Assembly: GCF_963506605.1 (NCBI RefSeq)
Contig: NC_083289.1
Span: 27,900,001 to 27,964,000, forward strand
Length of the DNA: 64,000 nucleotides
Reading direction: 5' to 3'
Source: Zootoca vivipara
Taxonomy: Eukaryota
Below are positions 12,111-23,516 of this stretch, in pieces; position 1 is the stretch's first letter, and each line of letters starts with the position of its first letter. The notes below the pieces were generated by a model that made no database searches, was not told the DNA's origin, and saw nothing but the letters and a program-made list of their open reading frames with translations. The position numbers and the translations under genes were made by a program.

Positions 12111-14088
12111 TTGGGTTGAGTGCTGTGATGTATGAGACAGTCAGTTGAGGTGAAAGGACTGAGAGACCTGCTGGGATGAAAGCCAGAAAACTGGGTCTGT
12201 CAGAGAATCAGTATAGTGGCAGTTTCTTGGGTGATCCTGACATATTCATTCAAAATACATATATTCTGCTTCAAAGCCCTTAAGAGGCTCTCAAAGCAGT
12301 TTACAAAGATCCTCTCATTCAAGTAAGTGTGGTACCAGGAGCAGAACTAACATGTCCATGCAGACCCTGTATGATTCAGTATTTTGGCTAAGGGATGACA
12401 AATGTCCTGTGATGTCTGCTCTGCCATTCCTCCTGGTGCAGTTGGAAATCACACCTCGTTTCCCAAATCCATACCATATGCCAGAAGTAACCAATGCAGT
12501 ATCCTCCAGAAGTTGAATGGCCAGTGGTCAGGGAAGAGTCCAGCAACACTTGGAGGAAACCATGTTGGCCAGGCCCAGGCGGAACTTGTCTTGTTAGAAT
12601 AAAGTTATAACTCGAACACCAAAACAAAACAAAAAAACAACCTGCTGGTCATTGGCGAAGGGCCCAGCCAGCTTAGCCCACTGTTACAACCATCTCAACC
12701 TCAAGTCCTCCAGATTTTTTGGACAGCAACTCCCATCAGACCCCAGAAGTTATGAACTGAAACCCCTATTGGCTTCAGGCATCATGGCTGTGCTCCCATC
12801 GGCTCCAGCATCCTACAGTTGTGGTGGCTGGGGCTGAGATGGGAATTGTAGTTCAAAACATCTGGAGGGTACTGGGTTGGGGAATTATGCATTTCCCAGT
12901 TTTCCAAACTAAGCTTTTATGGATTCCTTTTAAAAAGATACATTTTGAATACAGCTGATATAGGAAGTGTTTGTGCTCTTGGAAAGTCCATTGTGGTGGC
13001 TGCTCCAGCCTGCTGAACTTGGCAAATCCTCTGTGTGATGACTTAAATTGTCTTGCAGACTCTTGCTAATTTGAAATGCATTCTTGACTCCTATCTTTCT
13101 GTAGAGGGGTTGGTTCTTCAATGTTTGAGTGCATGCAATTAATTTTTAAGATAGGAACTTTAATCTCAATGTCTTGCTAACTTCCATATCAATCAGTTAC
13201 CTAGAAAAGCATTTGTGTGCTGGTGCTGATGCAGTTGACACCTATTATATTACAATGGGTCAGACTGGGACAGTACACTCCAGCTCTAAAACATTTCCCA
13301 CTTCTTCCTTCACCTTCTCTGTCATGGAGCTTACCTGAGGAAGCTTGGATCTCCCTGTACTCCCACCCACCCACCCTCGGCTCCTGTATTGGATTTCACA
13401 TTGTGCAGGGAGGAAGTCCACTGTTGTGAAAGGGGAGAGGCATTGTCATTGTGCAGGTTAGGGCTGACACACCTGTCTGCCTTGAGAAGCATTGACAACA
13501 ATGCTATGACTTAAAGACAATGTTATGACTTAAAGGGGTGGTTGTGTTGTGTTGTGTTGTGTTGTGGGGACTTCATTCCCTCCCAGTCATTATGTAGCAC
13601 ATGGAGCAACTGAGCAAGGAAATCGCAGCCCTCAACAGACTGGCTTAGCAATGCTGTGTATGTCAGAAATTACTTTTAAATACTTTTGTAAACTTACCTA
13701 CATAGCCTTGTAAGCCAACTAATGATTTATTATTTCCTTTTAAAAAGAAATCCTCAGTTGTCTTTAAAGATACTGCCTTCCAAGTGTGTGATTCTTCTGA
13801 GTTATGATTTCCATTGCTTGAGTTATGGACCCTCCAAGACCCCATCTCTGCTAATCCCAAAAACCCAATGCTTTTTTATTCTGATGCTCTGACTAGCAAT
13901 TCTTGGATGGAAGATGAACCCTGCCAACATTAACCCACCTGTGAGGAAGGTGATGCAGAACCCTTCCAAAGTTGTGCCAGTAGACCACAGTTTTCTGGAC
14001 ACTTTGGTCCAGTTGCAATAAATCTGAAGTGTTGAGAGGTTGTTGAAAAATATTTGAGCTGCTTTGGCTGCTTGAGGGTTTCAAGGTT

Positions 14089-14091
<3 letters not shown>

Positions 14092-14126
<35 letters not shown>
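14092..14126. repeat. (CT)n microsatellite
   Basis: Direct inspection. Confidence 0.95.
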
Positions 14127-14128
<2 letters not shown>

Positions 14129-15452
14129 ATGGCATGGGACCTTTGAGGACCAGGCAAAGGGCCTCATCTCCTCACCAACACACATGCCCAGACAGACACT
14201 CTTGTTGTCTAGTTTGGAGGTTCAATGGAAAGCAACTTGTTCTCTGCCAGCTCCAAGGCTGGGTGTTTCTGACAAGCAGGTCCCTGTTTCTGTTGCCTCT
14301 GAATATTTTCCCATAAGAGAGAGCCCTTCTCCTAATCTGTAGGAGGCTTTGTTTGTTAAAGCAGAAGCTTTCCTCTTAAAGAACCTATTTATTTTTCATT
14401 GGATTGTGTGTGCTTTTTTTTTCTCAAACAAGGATTCTTACAAGTCGCCTCACCATCCATTCGGCCAGATTTATTTTCTGCTAGGTTGAGAATCAAGTCT
14501 CTTTCCCTCCGCCTCCACTGGAAAGAGGGAGAATGTGAAAAAAAGAAGGAAAAAAAGACTTTTGCATTGTGGTGATTGGCACAGCCTGTGAATCAGGGGT
14601 CATTTTGTGTAGCTGTTTCTTTTCAAGCATTCTCCTCTCTTTCTTTCTTTCTCTTCCCCCTTCCATGCACAATCTATTCAGGCTGGAAGCATTCTTTCTT
14701 TTCAAAGTCTTTTCTGCCTCTCTCTCTCTCTCTCTTTTCCCCCTCCTTTATTTTTCATCTCTTTTCATTCTGTTTCCCTCCACCAACCCTAGAGGCTCTT
14801 TTTTCCCCTTTCCTCATTCCTCTATTCAGTTCCCTTTTTTTTGGTTGCTTCTTTTAAAATAGCTTTTCTATTTTCAGAGAGGACAGGGAACATGTAGGAA
14901 GAGAAGTCATTTCAGAAAGGAGGAACCTGAAAGTCTTTCTCCATTTATTTCAGCAAACGTTGTTTTTCAAGCAAGAGAAACAAGGGCGACAAAAAGAAAC
15001 CCGTCTTTATTTTGTTCCTGCCTCTTCTCCCACAAACAGCGCAGCCCCAAACACACACACACCCAAATATTCATAAGTGATCACATCTCCAGTAACATGC
15101 TAAAATACTGGCAGCTTTGCTTCTTTATTATGTTGCTCTGGGCATTTTGGTGCAGAGACTAGAAACACAAGAGGCATGGCTGCTTTCCTGGATAGACCCC
15201 ATCGATGCCTCTCTTTGCAACTTCTGGCATCACCCATTTCTTTTAGCTCTGCACCAAGAGTTGTGGGGTGCAGGGCCCACTTGGGTGCTGGATGCTGCCT
15301 TTAGAACAATTTTTCCTTCATGGTGAACCTTCAGCAAGGAGCTTAGGAGATCTCTGTGCTAATGCAGAGAACAATTTTGTGGGAAGCAGCAGTGAAGACT
15401 TACAGTTGTGTAATCTCAAGTTTGTAGATCTCTAGATGTGCATTGCTTAAAG

Positions 15453-15752
15453 CAGGGGTCAGCAACCTTTTTCAGCCGTGGGCCGGTTCCTCAGACCATG
15501 TGGTGGGCCGGACTATATAATTTTTTGGGGGGGGGGTGAACGAATTCCTGTGCCCCACAAATAACCCAGAGATTAATTTTCAATAAAAGCACACATTCTA
15601 CTCATGTAAATGCACTAGGCAGGCCATACAAATAACCCAGAGATGCATTTTAAAGAAAATGACACATTCTACTCATGTAAAAACATGCTGATCCCCGGAC
15701 CGTCCGTGGGCCGGATTTAGAAGGTGATTGGGCCTGAGGTTGCCTACCCCTG
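15453..15752 (+). mobile_element. Non-autonomous hAT (Charlie-like) MITE
   Basis: TIRs CAGGGGT...ACCCCTG. Internal CCCACAAATAACCCAGAGAT...CACATTCTACTCATGTAAA repeats are shared with 44656-44975 and 54942-55429. Left target GCTTAAAG has a central TA. Confidence 0.85.
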
Positions 15753-15756
15753 GCTT

Positions 15757-15915
15757 AACAATGAAAAGGTAAACCACTGTGAAGTGCAAATATTCTTTTA
15801 AGACTTCGAGCATGAGATTTTGTACATATTTTTGAATCTCCTTGTATATGTGAAGGTTGTTGGTGCATATACATTTAAATATTTGCACTTCACGGTGGTG
15901 TACTTTTTCATTGTT
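15757..15915. repeat. Fold-back element: 38-bp inverted arms (15757-15794 / 15878-15915)
   Basis: AACAATGAAAAGGTAAACCACTGTGAAGTGCAAATATT versus the reverse complement of the right arm: 3 mismatches in 38. Confidence 0.85.
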
Positions 15916-18900
15916 TTGCTTCTACCCCTGGTTTAAAGCATTGATTAGCCCCCAATAGCCATGCTAATCAGAATTTTTGAGCTCTGGCAGGATGCCACAA
16001 ATACAGGCCCTTTGTTCATTACAACCAGCCTCTTATCTCCTGGATTTCATTCTTGAATTAGTGCCTTTTAGTAGTACCGGTAATTGTCTTCTGTAGTATT
16101 GATAACACTTTGCTTTGGGGAAAGGGTGTGAATTCTCCATTCCTGCTGGAGAGGATCAGGCTTGCAGATGGTGGAATGAGAGGTATAGCCAAGGGCAGCA
16201 AATTGCAACTCAAATACTTCATCCTGTGCCATTAGAGAGAAACCACAGAAGAGGCTTTCTTCTGTGAAAACCTATGATACAAGAGTACCTGACCCTTTCT
16301 CAGATGGTTCTCCTATGGCAATCTTCTCTAAACCAGTGGTCTCCACAGGCCACCTCCCATCAGCTCCAGCATCATATGGCTGGACTGGCGTCAATTCCTC
16401 AGCAAGAGATGGTACGTCAAGAAATGAAGACAGGAGTCATCCAGTAGACATGGATTTCCAAAGAGAGAAATGGAACAGGTCTTGGGAGCCAGAGTGTTGG
16501 GCTAGGTAAACCCAGCAAAAGCCAATTCTTAGGTGCTGATGCTTTCATTCATGTCAGGGCATAAAAAGTCTGAAGGGGGCTGATGAGGATGCTTGTTTTT
16601 TTGTGATGGAGATGCTCTCAAAAGTAGGAGGGTTGAGAGAACCTGCTTCAAATGAAAGCAAAGGTACAGATGACTAGGGAGCAGGGACACACCTGTCTGG
16701 AAGCCAAACCTACACCTGGGTTGGTTGCGTGGTGATGGTGATGTCCCTGCTTCTGCGGGAAGCAATCCTGGTTGTCCCTACATAGCAGTTGGATCTGGTT
16801 GGTTTCTTGAAGGTTGGCTTGGTGTGAAGGGTGCCCCTTCAGGTAGGAAAATGGGTCTTGGTGTTGGGTGGTCAGCCACACACTTTGGGGATTAAAGAGG
16901 GAGGTAGCCGGTGAGAAGGGACCCCACCCAAACTCCATATACCTTGCAGAGCCTGGCTTTGAAAGTTTCTTCCACCCACCCAAATATGTGATTCAGATCT
17001 AATGTCACCTGAAAGCTGAGTTGGGACATTAGAGGAGATGGAGGTGGGTGAGAGAGCGGGGTTGAATACAGAAGGAGATTAGGAGATTGATGAAAGTGAG
17101 AGAGAAAGAGAGAGGAGATAAGAGAGGCACACAGGACTGAACTATCAAGCTGAGAGAGGCGTTGCCAGGGAAACGGAAAGAATGAGGAAGAGAGAGAAAG
17201 ATGGAGAGAAGCGGCAAGAATCAGAAATGGAAGGGAAGTGGGAGGGAGGGCAGGCAATGGATTTTAAAGGGTGAATGAGAGAAGCAGATGGATTTTAAAG
17301 CTTGCAGTGGCTGGACAGGCTGACCCCCCCCCCAACAAAAAAAAGCTGCCTATGCCCACAATCAATAATTCTAGGTGGGCTCCCCTCCGGCACCTTTGCT
17401 CAAGATTGGTACCATTCTGTGCCCAGGGCATGCTGGCTGGCACAGAAGTGGCTGCCATCATGGCCAGTCTCCAGCTTCAAGGCTGGCTCCTGTGAGGAGG
17501 GAATCAATACTGTTGTTCCCCTTTGCCTCTACAGCCCATTGACATGAAAGTGTGCTTAACAGGGGCCCTCCTTGCATTGTGGTGGAGCTTGCATGCAAAA
17601 TGGGTCAGGCACGGAGGCCAGCCTGCAGGTCACTACATGGCCTTCTCCTGCTTGTCTCTGGGTGACCTGATGGGCCCCTTCTTGGCCCTGCTGTGCTCAT
17701 TGCCGCCTCCGCCTCCTCTAATCCTCCCCCATACCCAGCCTTCTTCCTTCCTTCTCTCTTCCTTTCTTCTCCTTTGCCTGCCAGCCCCCTCTTCTCTTCT
17801 CCTTCCTCCTCTCTCCTTCCTGCCTCCTCCCCTCTCTCCTTTGTTTTGGCTGCCTCCATACACTGCTGTCCCCTCCCCCCACCTGCCTCTTGCTATCTTA
17901 TTTCCCTCCATTTCCTCTTTTTGTCTTCCCTTGTTCACATTTCTTTTCTCTGCACCAGCCATCCTCACCCTCGCATGGTTTCAGAGCATGCAGGCAGCTC
18001 TGGCGGAGAATGAGGTTCATTTATTTCCAGTGGTTCAAAAGTGGGAAGTTCTGAGGTTGTTCTGTCTAGCTGTTCCCTTTGCCTCAGGGTTAGTCCAAGC
18101 CTGGCTTGTCTTTCTGCTCTGCACCCAGGAAGACTGGCTTTGTATTTCAGGCGAGGAACAGTTATTCTGGCTCAGTTATACTGGAGGAAGGAGTAGTATT
18201 CCTCCCACCCATGCTCTCCTCTCTCTGGCTTGACTTTCTGGTGCTTCCCAGTCACACAAAAGGCAGACACTGAGGGGGGGGGGGTCCTAGGGTTCTAAGG
18301 GGTGCCTCCAAGGTCCGAGTCCTGCCTGGCCCTGCTTGCCGCCTTCACAACCAAGGAGGCTGCTGTGCCCTTTCTTGTAGAAAGGAATCCAGCCCAACTT
18401 GGTGGGTGACAACATCCCAGTACCTGGGGAGGTGCAGCCATCGGACTGCCTACTTTTTCTGGAAGTGCAGAATTTGCCACATTTGGGGAGGCTCCTGACC
18501 TGGCATGCAGAAGCCCCCCCCCCATAGAAGGCCACAAGATTTTGCTACACCCTGGGCCCTTTACAATAAAGAATAAACACAGCACAACTGAGCCATTGTA
18601 CAGGGCTCTATGGAATATATGGTTTCTGCTAGTCTTGGGAAATGGTAAGGATACAAATGTCTGGCCTGTCATCTGGCCACTAGGCATTCCCACCACCACC
18701 ATCCCTCATTCTGCCAGTGAAGCACACCCATGTTTAGATTGCAGGGTTTGCTCCAGTTTCAGGAGTGCAGAATATTTGTTTAGCTCCAAAACATGGGATG
18801 CTTTCAGGTTCTAAGCTCTGCCCAATGGTGTTGCTTTCATTTTAAAGGATATGTCCAGAGTAGATGCTGCTTTTCCATTGCCATGATTTTGGAGCTGCCA

Positions 18901-19032
18901 GCTAGGGCCCCTGCTGGCCAACTGGGTTCTCTCAGCCCACAGCCCTCTGCTTGGCCTACAGGGTAATGGCTTCTTTTTCTCCCTTTTGTTCCTGCAGACA
19001 ACAGAACCTTGATGTGTTTGATGGTATGAGCC

Positions 19033-20448
19033 ATGGACCGCTTTGCCCACTCTGGAACACAGACAGATGCCGTGGTGGTGCTGTCTCTGGCCCAAGCAGC
19101 CGTCCTGGGCTTGGTGACTGAGAACGAGTTTTTTGGTGCCACGGTCAGCCCCGGAGGTTTCTTCTCCAGCTTCGCAGGCAGGCTCGACGGCATGTCCACG
19201 GTTGAGTTGAAGCAGCCAGAAAGCCATTGCCCTCTGGAGAATGAAGGCCAAGGTCACGTCGAGCCAGCGGAGGAGGATGAAGCAGCAGAGGCTTCCTTTG
19301 GGAAACATGCCCGGAGGAGGAAGCGCCCGCCTGTGAGGCTGGTGCCAAAAGTGAAGCCCGAGAAGGGGGAGTGGGGGCAGGAAGACGGCGTTTACGAAGC
19401 ATCAGTAGCAAGTGAGGGCAAGGAGGAGCAGATGGGCAGCCACCCTGTGAGCCTGGAGGAGTCCCCCTGTGAGCAGACAGTGCAGAGCAGCGCTACCAAG
19501 ATGATTGATCTCAGCACGTTCAACAGGAAGCCTCGACGCCTGCGGCAGCAAGCTCCAGAAGAGCTGTCCCTGGTCGGGTATGAGGAGAGGCTCCCAAGCA
19601 CCCCACAAGCCAACCTGGACAGCACTCCGGGGAGTGCAGAGGCCTTCTCCAGTGACTGCGGCTTCCAGGCTGGTGCTCCTCCACCCTTGATCAACCTGGA
19701 GCATCCTGTGCCACACTCTCCTCCGGGGCAGGGCAAGAGCGAGCTGGGCTTTGTGTGGCAGGAGCCCCTGGACTTTGAGGCGGAGGCCCACGGCGAGCAC
19801 AGCAAGAAGGTTCAGCTGGACCGCCTGGACATCAATGTCCAGATAGACGACTCCTACCTGGTGGAGAAGCGTTGGCAGTGTCGCCTGTGCGAGAAGTCCT
19901 ACACGTCCAAGTACAACCTGGTGACGCATATCCTGGGCCACAATGGCATCAAGCCCCACTCCTGCCCGCACTGCAGCAAGCTCTTCAAGCAGCCCAGCCA
20001 CCTGCAGACCCACCTGCTCACCCACCAGGGCACGCGGCCCCACAAGTGCCAGGTGTGCCACAAGGCCTTCACCCAGACCAGCCACCTCAAGCGCCACATG
20101 CTGCTGCACTCCGACATCAAGCCCTACAGCTGCCGCTTCTGTGGCCGCGGCTTTGCCTACCCCAGCGAGCTGAAAGCCCACGAGGGCAAGCACGAGAGCG
20201 GGCGCTGCCACGTCTGCGTGGAGTGCGGCCTGGACTTCTCCACCCTCACCCAGCTCAAGCGCCACCTGGCCACCCACCAGGGGCCCACTCTCTACCCCTG
20301 CCCAGAGTGCAACAAGTCCTTTCATTACCGCAGCCAGCTGCAGAACCACATGCTCAAGCACCAGAATGTGCGGCCATTCGTCTGCACCGAGTGTGGCATG
20401 GAGTTCAGCCAGATCCATCACCTTAAGCAGCACTCGCTGACCCACAAG
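19033..20448 (+). CDS. ZNF710: Zinc finger protein 710, first coding exon (exon starts 18998): N-terminal region and fingers 1-7
   Basis: SGTQTDAVVVLSLAQAAVLGLV, RPPVRLVPKVK, KMIDLS and QLDRLDINVQIDDSY match ZNF710. Acceptor CCTGCAG ends 18997; optimal GCCATGG; donor AAG|GTAGG; 1416 nt, phase 0. Confidence 0.97.
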
Positions 20449-20871
20449 GTAGGCCAGGCAGCAGAGCGCCAGGGTGAAGGGCATGGGGGGGCTATTGGGT
20501 AACCTATGCCTTTTCCCATCCGTGGCTCTAAGGGCTTTTCTAGAGGAGTGTGTGTGTCTACCTGCAGTGCCCTGAAGGGGTACCCAAAGGGCTTCACCTT
20601 AGCTGGTTTGCTCTTTTTGTTTCCCTTGGTCACCACAAACCTGGATTCTGAAAAAGAGGCCTTGCCACAATTTGGGTTAAAACTGCTTCCATAGGAGGGA
20701 GGGAGTGGGGATCCAAAGTGCCCTGGTCTCTTCCCCCTTGCTCTGAAATCCCCCAAACCCTACTGAGCATGAAATCACCATAGTTAGCACTGTCCTCCTT
20801 GGCCAAGGTGGGATTGGGTGGTAACTCTTGGCTGCAATGAAGCCTTGTTACCTGCCTGCTGTTGTCTTCAG

Positions 20872-21063
20872 GGCGTGAAAGAGTTCAAGTGTGAAGTGTG
20901 CGGGCGAGAGTTCACGCTGCAGGCCAACATGAAGCGCCACATGCTGATCCACACCAGTGTGCGCCCCTATCAGTGCCACATCTGCTTCAAGACCTTTGTG
21001 CAGAAGCAGACACTCAAGACCCACATGATCGTCCACTCGCCTGTCAAGCCCTTCAAGTGCAAG
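20872..21063 (+). CDS. ZNF710: ZNF710 coding exon 2 (fingers 8-9, start of 10)
   Basis: TTCAG|GGC...AAG|GTAGG; 192 nt; GVKEFKCEVCGREF...PVKPFKCK. Confidence 0.97.
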
Positions 21064-21500
21064 GTAGGTGGCGGAAGTGCAAAGAGCAGAAGCTGCCGCG
21101 GGTGGTGGAATATGAAGAGCCTGAGATCAGGGCTGCTGCCAGGGCAATGCGGAGTGGCAGAGCCTGCAAAGACAGGCCAGACTCAACTCCCAGAGGGGCA
21201 GTGGTCATTTCCAGAACACACTTCCCACATGAGCAACTGGATGTCCACATATCCACCCTCCTCTCAAGCACGGCTTTGTCATTCCGGTTTTGCCAGCTGC
21301 CTGGACTGAGCCCGGAAATTATTTTGCTGAGAGCTTTCAGAGCTGAGTGTGGAGTGGATCCTGGCTCTTGGCCGTTGGCCTGGAAGGGGAACTGGGGTGG
21401 ATGCAAGCAGGTGAATCCCTCCCCTGCTGCCCACAGTCCAAGCTGCTCCAGCCTCCGCCAACAAGTCATCATCTCCCTTTCCCACCCCCACCTTCCACAG

Positions 21501-21675
21501 GTGTGTGGGAAATCCTTCAACCGCATGTACAACCTCCTGGGCCACATGCACTTGCACGCAGGCAGCAAACCCTTCAAGTGCCCTTACTGTTCCAGCAAGT
21601 TCAACCTGAAGGGCAACCTCAGCCGGCACATGAAGGTCAAGCATGGGGTGATGGACATCAGCCTGGACAGCCAAG
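21501..21675 (+). CDS. ZNF710: ZNF710 coding exon 3 (fingers 10-11)
   Basis: CCACAG|GTG...CAAG|GTAGG; 175 nt; VCGKSFNRMYNLLGHMHLH...MDISLDSQ. Confidence 0.97.
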
Positions 21676-21894
21676 GTAGGTGGGGTGGAGAGGGAGCTGA
21701 AGGGATGGGTCTAAGGCATCCCGTCCTACCCCTCCAGAAGCCCTGAAAGGCTGCACTGCAGCTCCCTCTGCAGGCTGTCTTGGTTGCTGGCAAAGGAGGC
21801 TGTGGTGGCCAGTGCTGAATCCACATTGCCTGCCAGCCATCACAGCACTACCGCCCAGGAGCTGCTCACTGCTTGTCCTCTGTTGTCCCCTCAG

Positions 21895-22064
21895 ATCCCA
21901 TGCTGCAGCTGCCAGGTGATCATGCAGAGCTGGACGGACAGCAGGAGATGGAGGACTACGAGGAGGAAAACTCGTATGACTATGGGGTGGTGGGGAACCC
22001 TGCCAACGAGTCTGCCTTGACTGAACACGCCATGAAGGAAATGGCCTACTACAGCATGTTGTAG
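21895..22064 (+). CDS. ZNF710: ZNF710 last coding exon (acidic C-terminus); total CDS 1953 nt, 650 aa
   Basis: CCTCAG|ATCCC completes the phase-1 Asp codon; DPMLQL...AMKEMAYYSML*; TAG at 22062-22064. Confidence 0.95.
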
Positions 22065-22687
22065 CCTGGGGCAGGCTGGGTGAAGGGGACAGGCAGCTGT
22101 TTCCACCCGCTCCGAAAAGCTCTGTTCGGGCAGCACAGAATTTGATACTCTTGCCCTCTTTAGCTGTTTAGTCCTGCACTGGATCTGTGGAAGTCTTGCT
22201 GCCGCCAACCCTTGACTGGGCTCTGCTGCTGGGCTGGGCTGGCAGTACTTTTCTCTCCAGCTTGAAAGGACCAGGAGGGGGCAGCACTTGCCTTAGACTA
22301 CCTCCCACAGCACCTTGCACCCAGCACAAAGAAGCAGAAGGCCCTGTAGTGGTGCTGATAGGCCAGGACCAGCCAGGGCTCAGTGCTACAGACACCAGGC
22401 TGTATTGCAGAGCCAAACTGGATCAGCTCCTGTATGTTTCTCTTACAAACTACCTCTGCCCTGCGCAAAAAATAAAAGAGGGGGACTCACAGCAGGGTCT
22501 CTGCCCCCAAACCAAATGGGTCTTGAGTGCCCCTTTGCCCATCCCCTCTTCCTGGCAGAGCAGTTAAGCCAGCACATCCCTGTGCAGCCTGTGGCCATCT
22601 TAAATTATTATGTCATTTCCACAAGGTGGATTGTCCCACTTGTGCATAGATCTACTGTGTTTATTTTCTGTTCTGAAGAAGTTCAGC

Positions 22688-22693
22688 AATAAA
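22688..22693 (+). terminator. Likely ZNF710 polyadenylation signal AATAAA
   Basis: AATAAA followed by T/GT-rich sequence. A second AATAAA lies in an A-run at 22471-22476. Confidence 0.6.
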
Positions 22694-22866
22694 GGAATAC
22701 TCTTTGGAAGAAGGGTCAGGTGGGTTGGTGCTGAAGCAAAAGATGGGGTGTGTGGGGAGAGGTTCAAGGGGGGCTGAGACTTGCCTTTCCCCAGAAAAGA
22801 ATCACCGTAACAGACCGTCGACACTGGGAAGCAACAGAAACAACAAGCCATGTGTAAAAGCTATAA

Positions 22867-22872
22867 TTTAAT
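22867..22872 (-). terminator. Likely IDH2 polyadenylation signal ATTAAA
   Basis: TTTAAT on +, ~340 nt after the IDH2 stop, with GT-rich sequence downstream on the - strand (TGGCTTGTTGTTTCTGTTG). Confidence 0.65.
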
Positions 22873-23213
22873 AGCGCTATTTGGCACCATGAGGCCCCAA
22901 CCACAGTACATAAATTACAGCACAAACCATTATGACTGCCTGGCAGGGGGTGGGGGGTCCAGCACTGAGACCTTCCCCCAAGCCAGCAGTAGCAGCAGGT
23001 GGGACATGTTATTGGAGCCCAAGTAGGGCAGCTAAAAAAGGTTTTTAAAAAACGACCAGGTTACAAAAATGTCTCTGGTTGACAGTACAAACAGCCAGAA
23101 TTTGTTCTGTTAAAAATGAGGCAATCCCCCTTCCTTCATCATGTGCCTCCATGCTATGCTGTGCCCTCCTCCACCCCCTACCAGCACGCTCCAGCGCCCC
23201 CCTCCAGCTCCTC

Positions 23214-23298
23214 CTATTTGCCCAGAGCTTTGTTCAGGTTGTTCGTGATAGCATCCAGGAAGTCGGTGGTGTTCAAATAATGCTCGTTGAGCTTCACA
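23214..23298 (-). CDS. IDH2: Isocitrate dehydrogenase [NADP], mitochondrial, exon 11 (stop); total CDS 1356 nt, 451 aa
   Basis: (N)[27 protein letters not shown]; AG acceptor 23300-23299. Confidence 0.96.
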
Positions 23299-23423
23299 CT
23301 GTAAATGCACAAAGGGGGGGGGAGCATAAGAAGCCCAAGCCGGTGGCAAGTTGTGATTCATCAACTCACGAGAGAGAAGGTAGGAGCCACAGGCTAGCCC
23401 TGCAGCAGCCCAGGAATACTCAC

Positions 23424-23516
23424 TTGCTTAATCCATGAATGCAGCCAGCCAGATCCTTTGTCATAGCACCACTCTCCACTGTCTCAATGCAGACCTTCTC
23501 CAGAGTCTCAGAAAAC
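23424..23516 (-). CDS. IDH2: IDH2 exon 10
   Basis: 93 nt; [30 protein letters not shown]; GTGAGT donor. Confidence 0.97.

Noticed and set aside
13498-13535. 19-bp tandem duplication ACAATG(C/T)TATGACTTAAAG
   Set aside because: Ordinary slippage duplication with no sign of function.
15757-15915. Hammerhead ribozyme reading of the three-way fold-back
   Set aside because: No CUGANGA/GAAA catalytic core at the junction on either strand.
17523-18233. 236-aa Leu/Pro/Ser/Phe-rich ORF resembling a membrane protein
   Set aside because: Translation of a CT-rich low-complexity tract; non-ATG start in the track.
19402-20484. 360-aa ORF antisense to ZNF710
   Set aside because: Shadow ORF expected from GC3-rich zinc-finger codons; no recognisable domain.
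20449-20502. ORF-track extension of ZNF710 to 489 aa
   Set aside because: Read-through into the intron past a canonical donor; the spliced model restores all 11 fingers.
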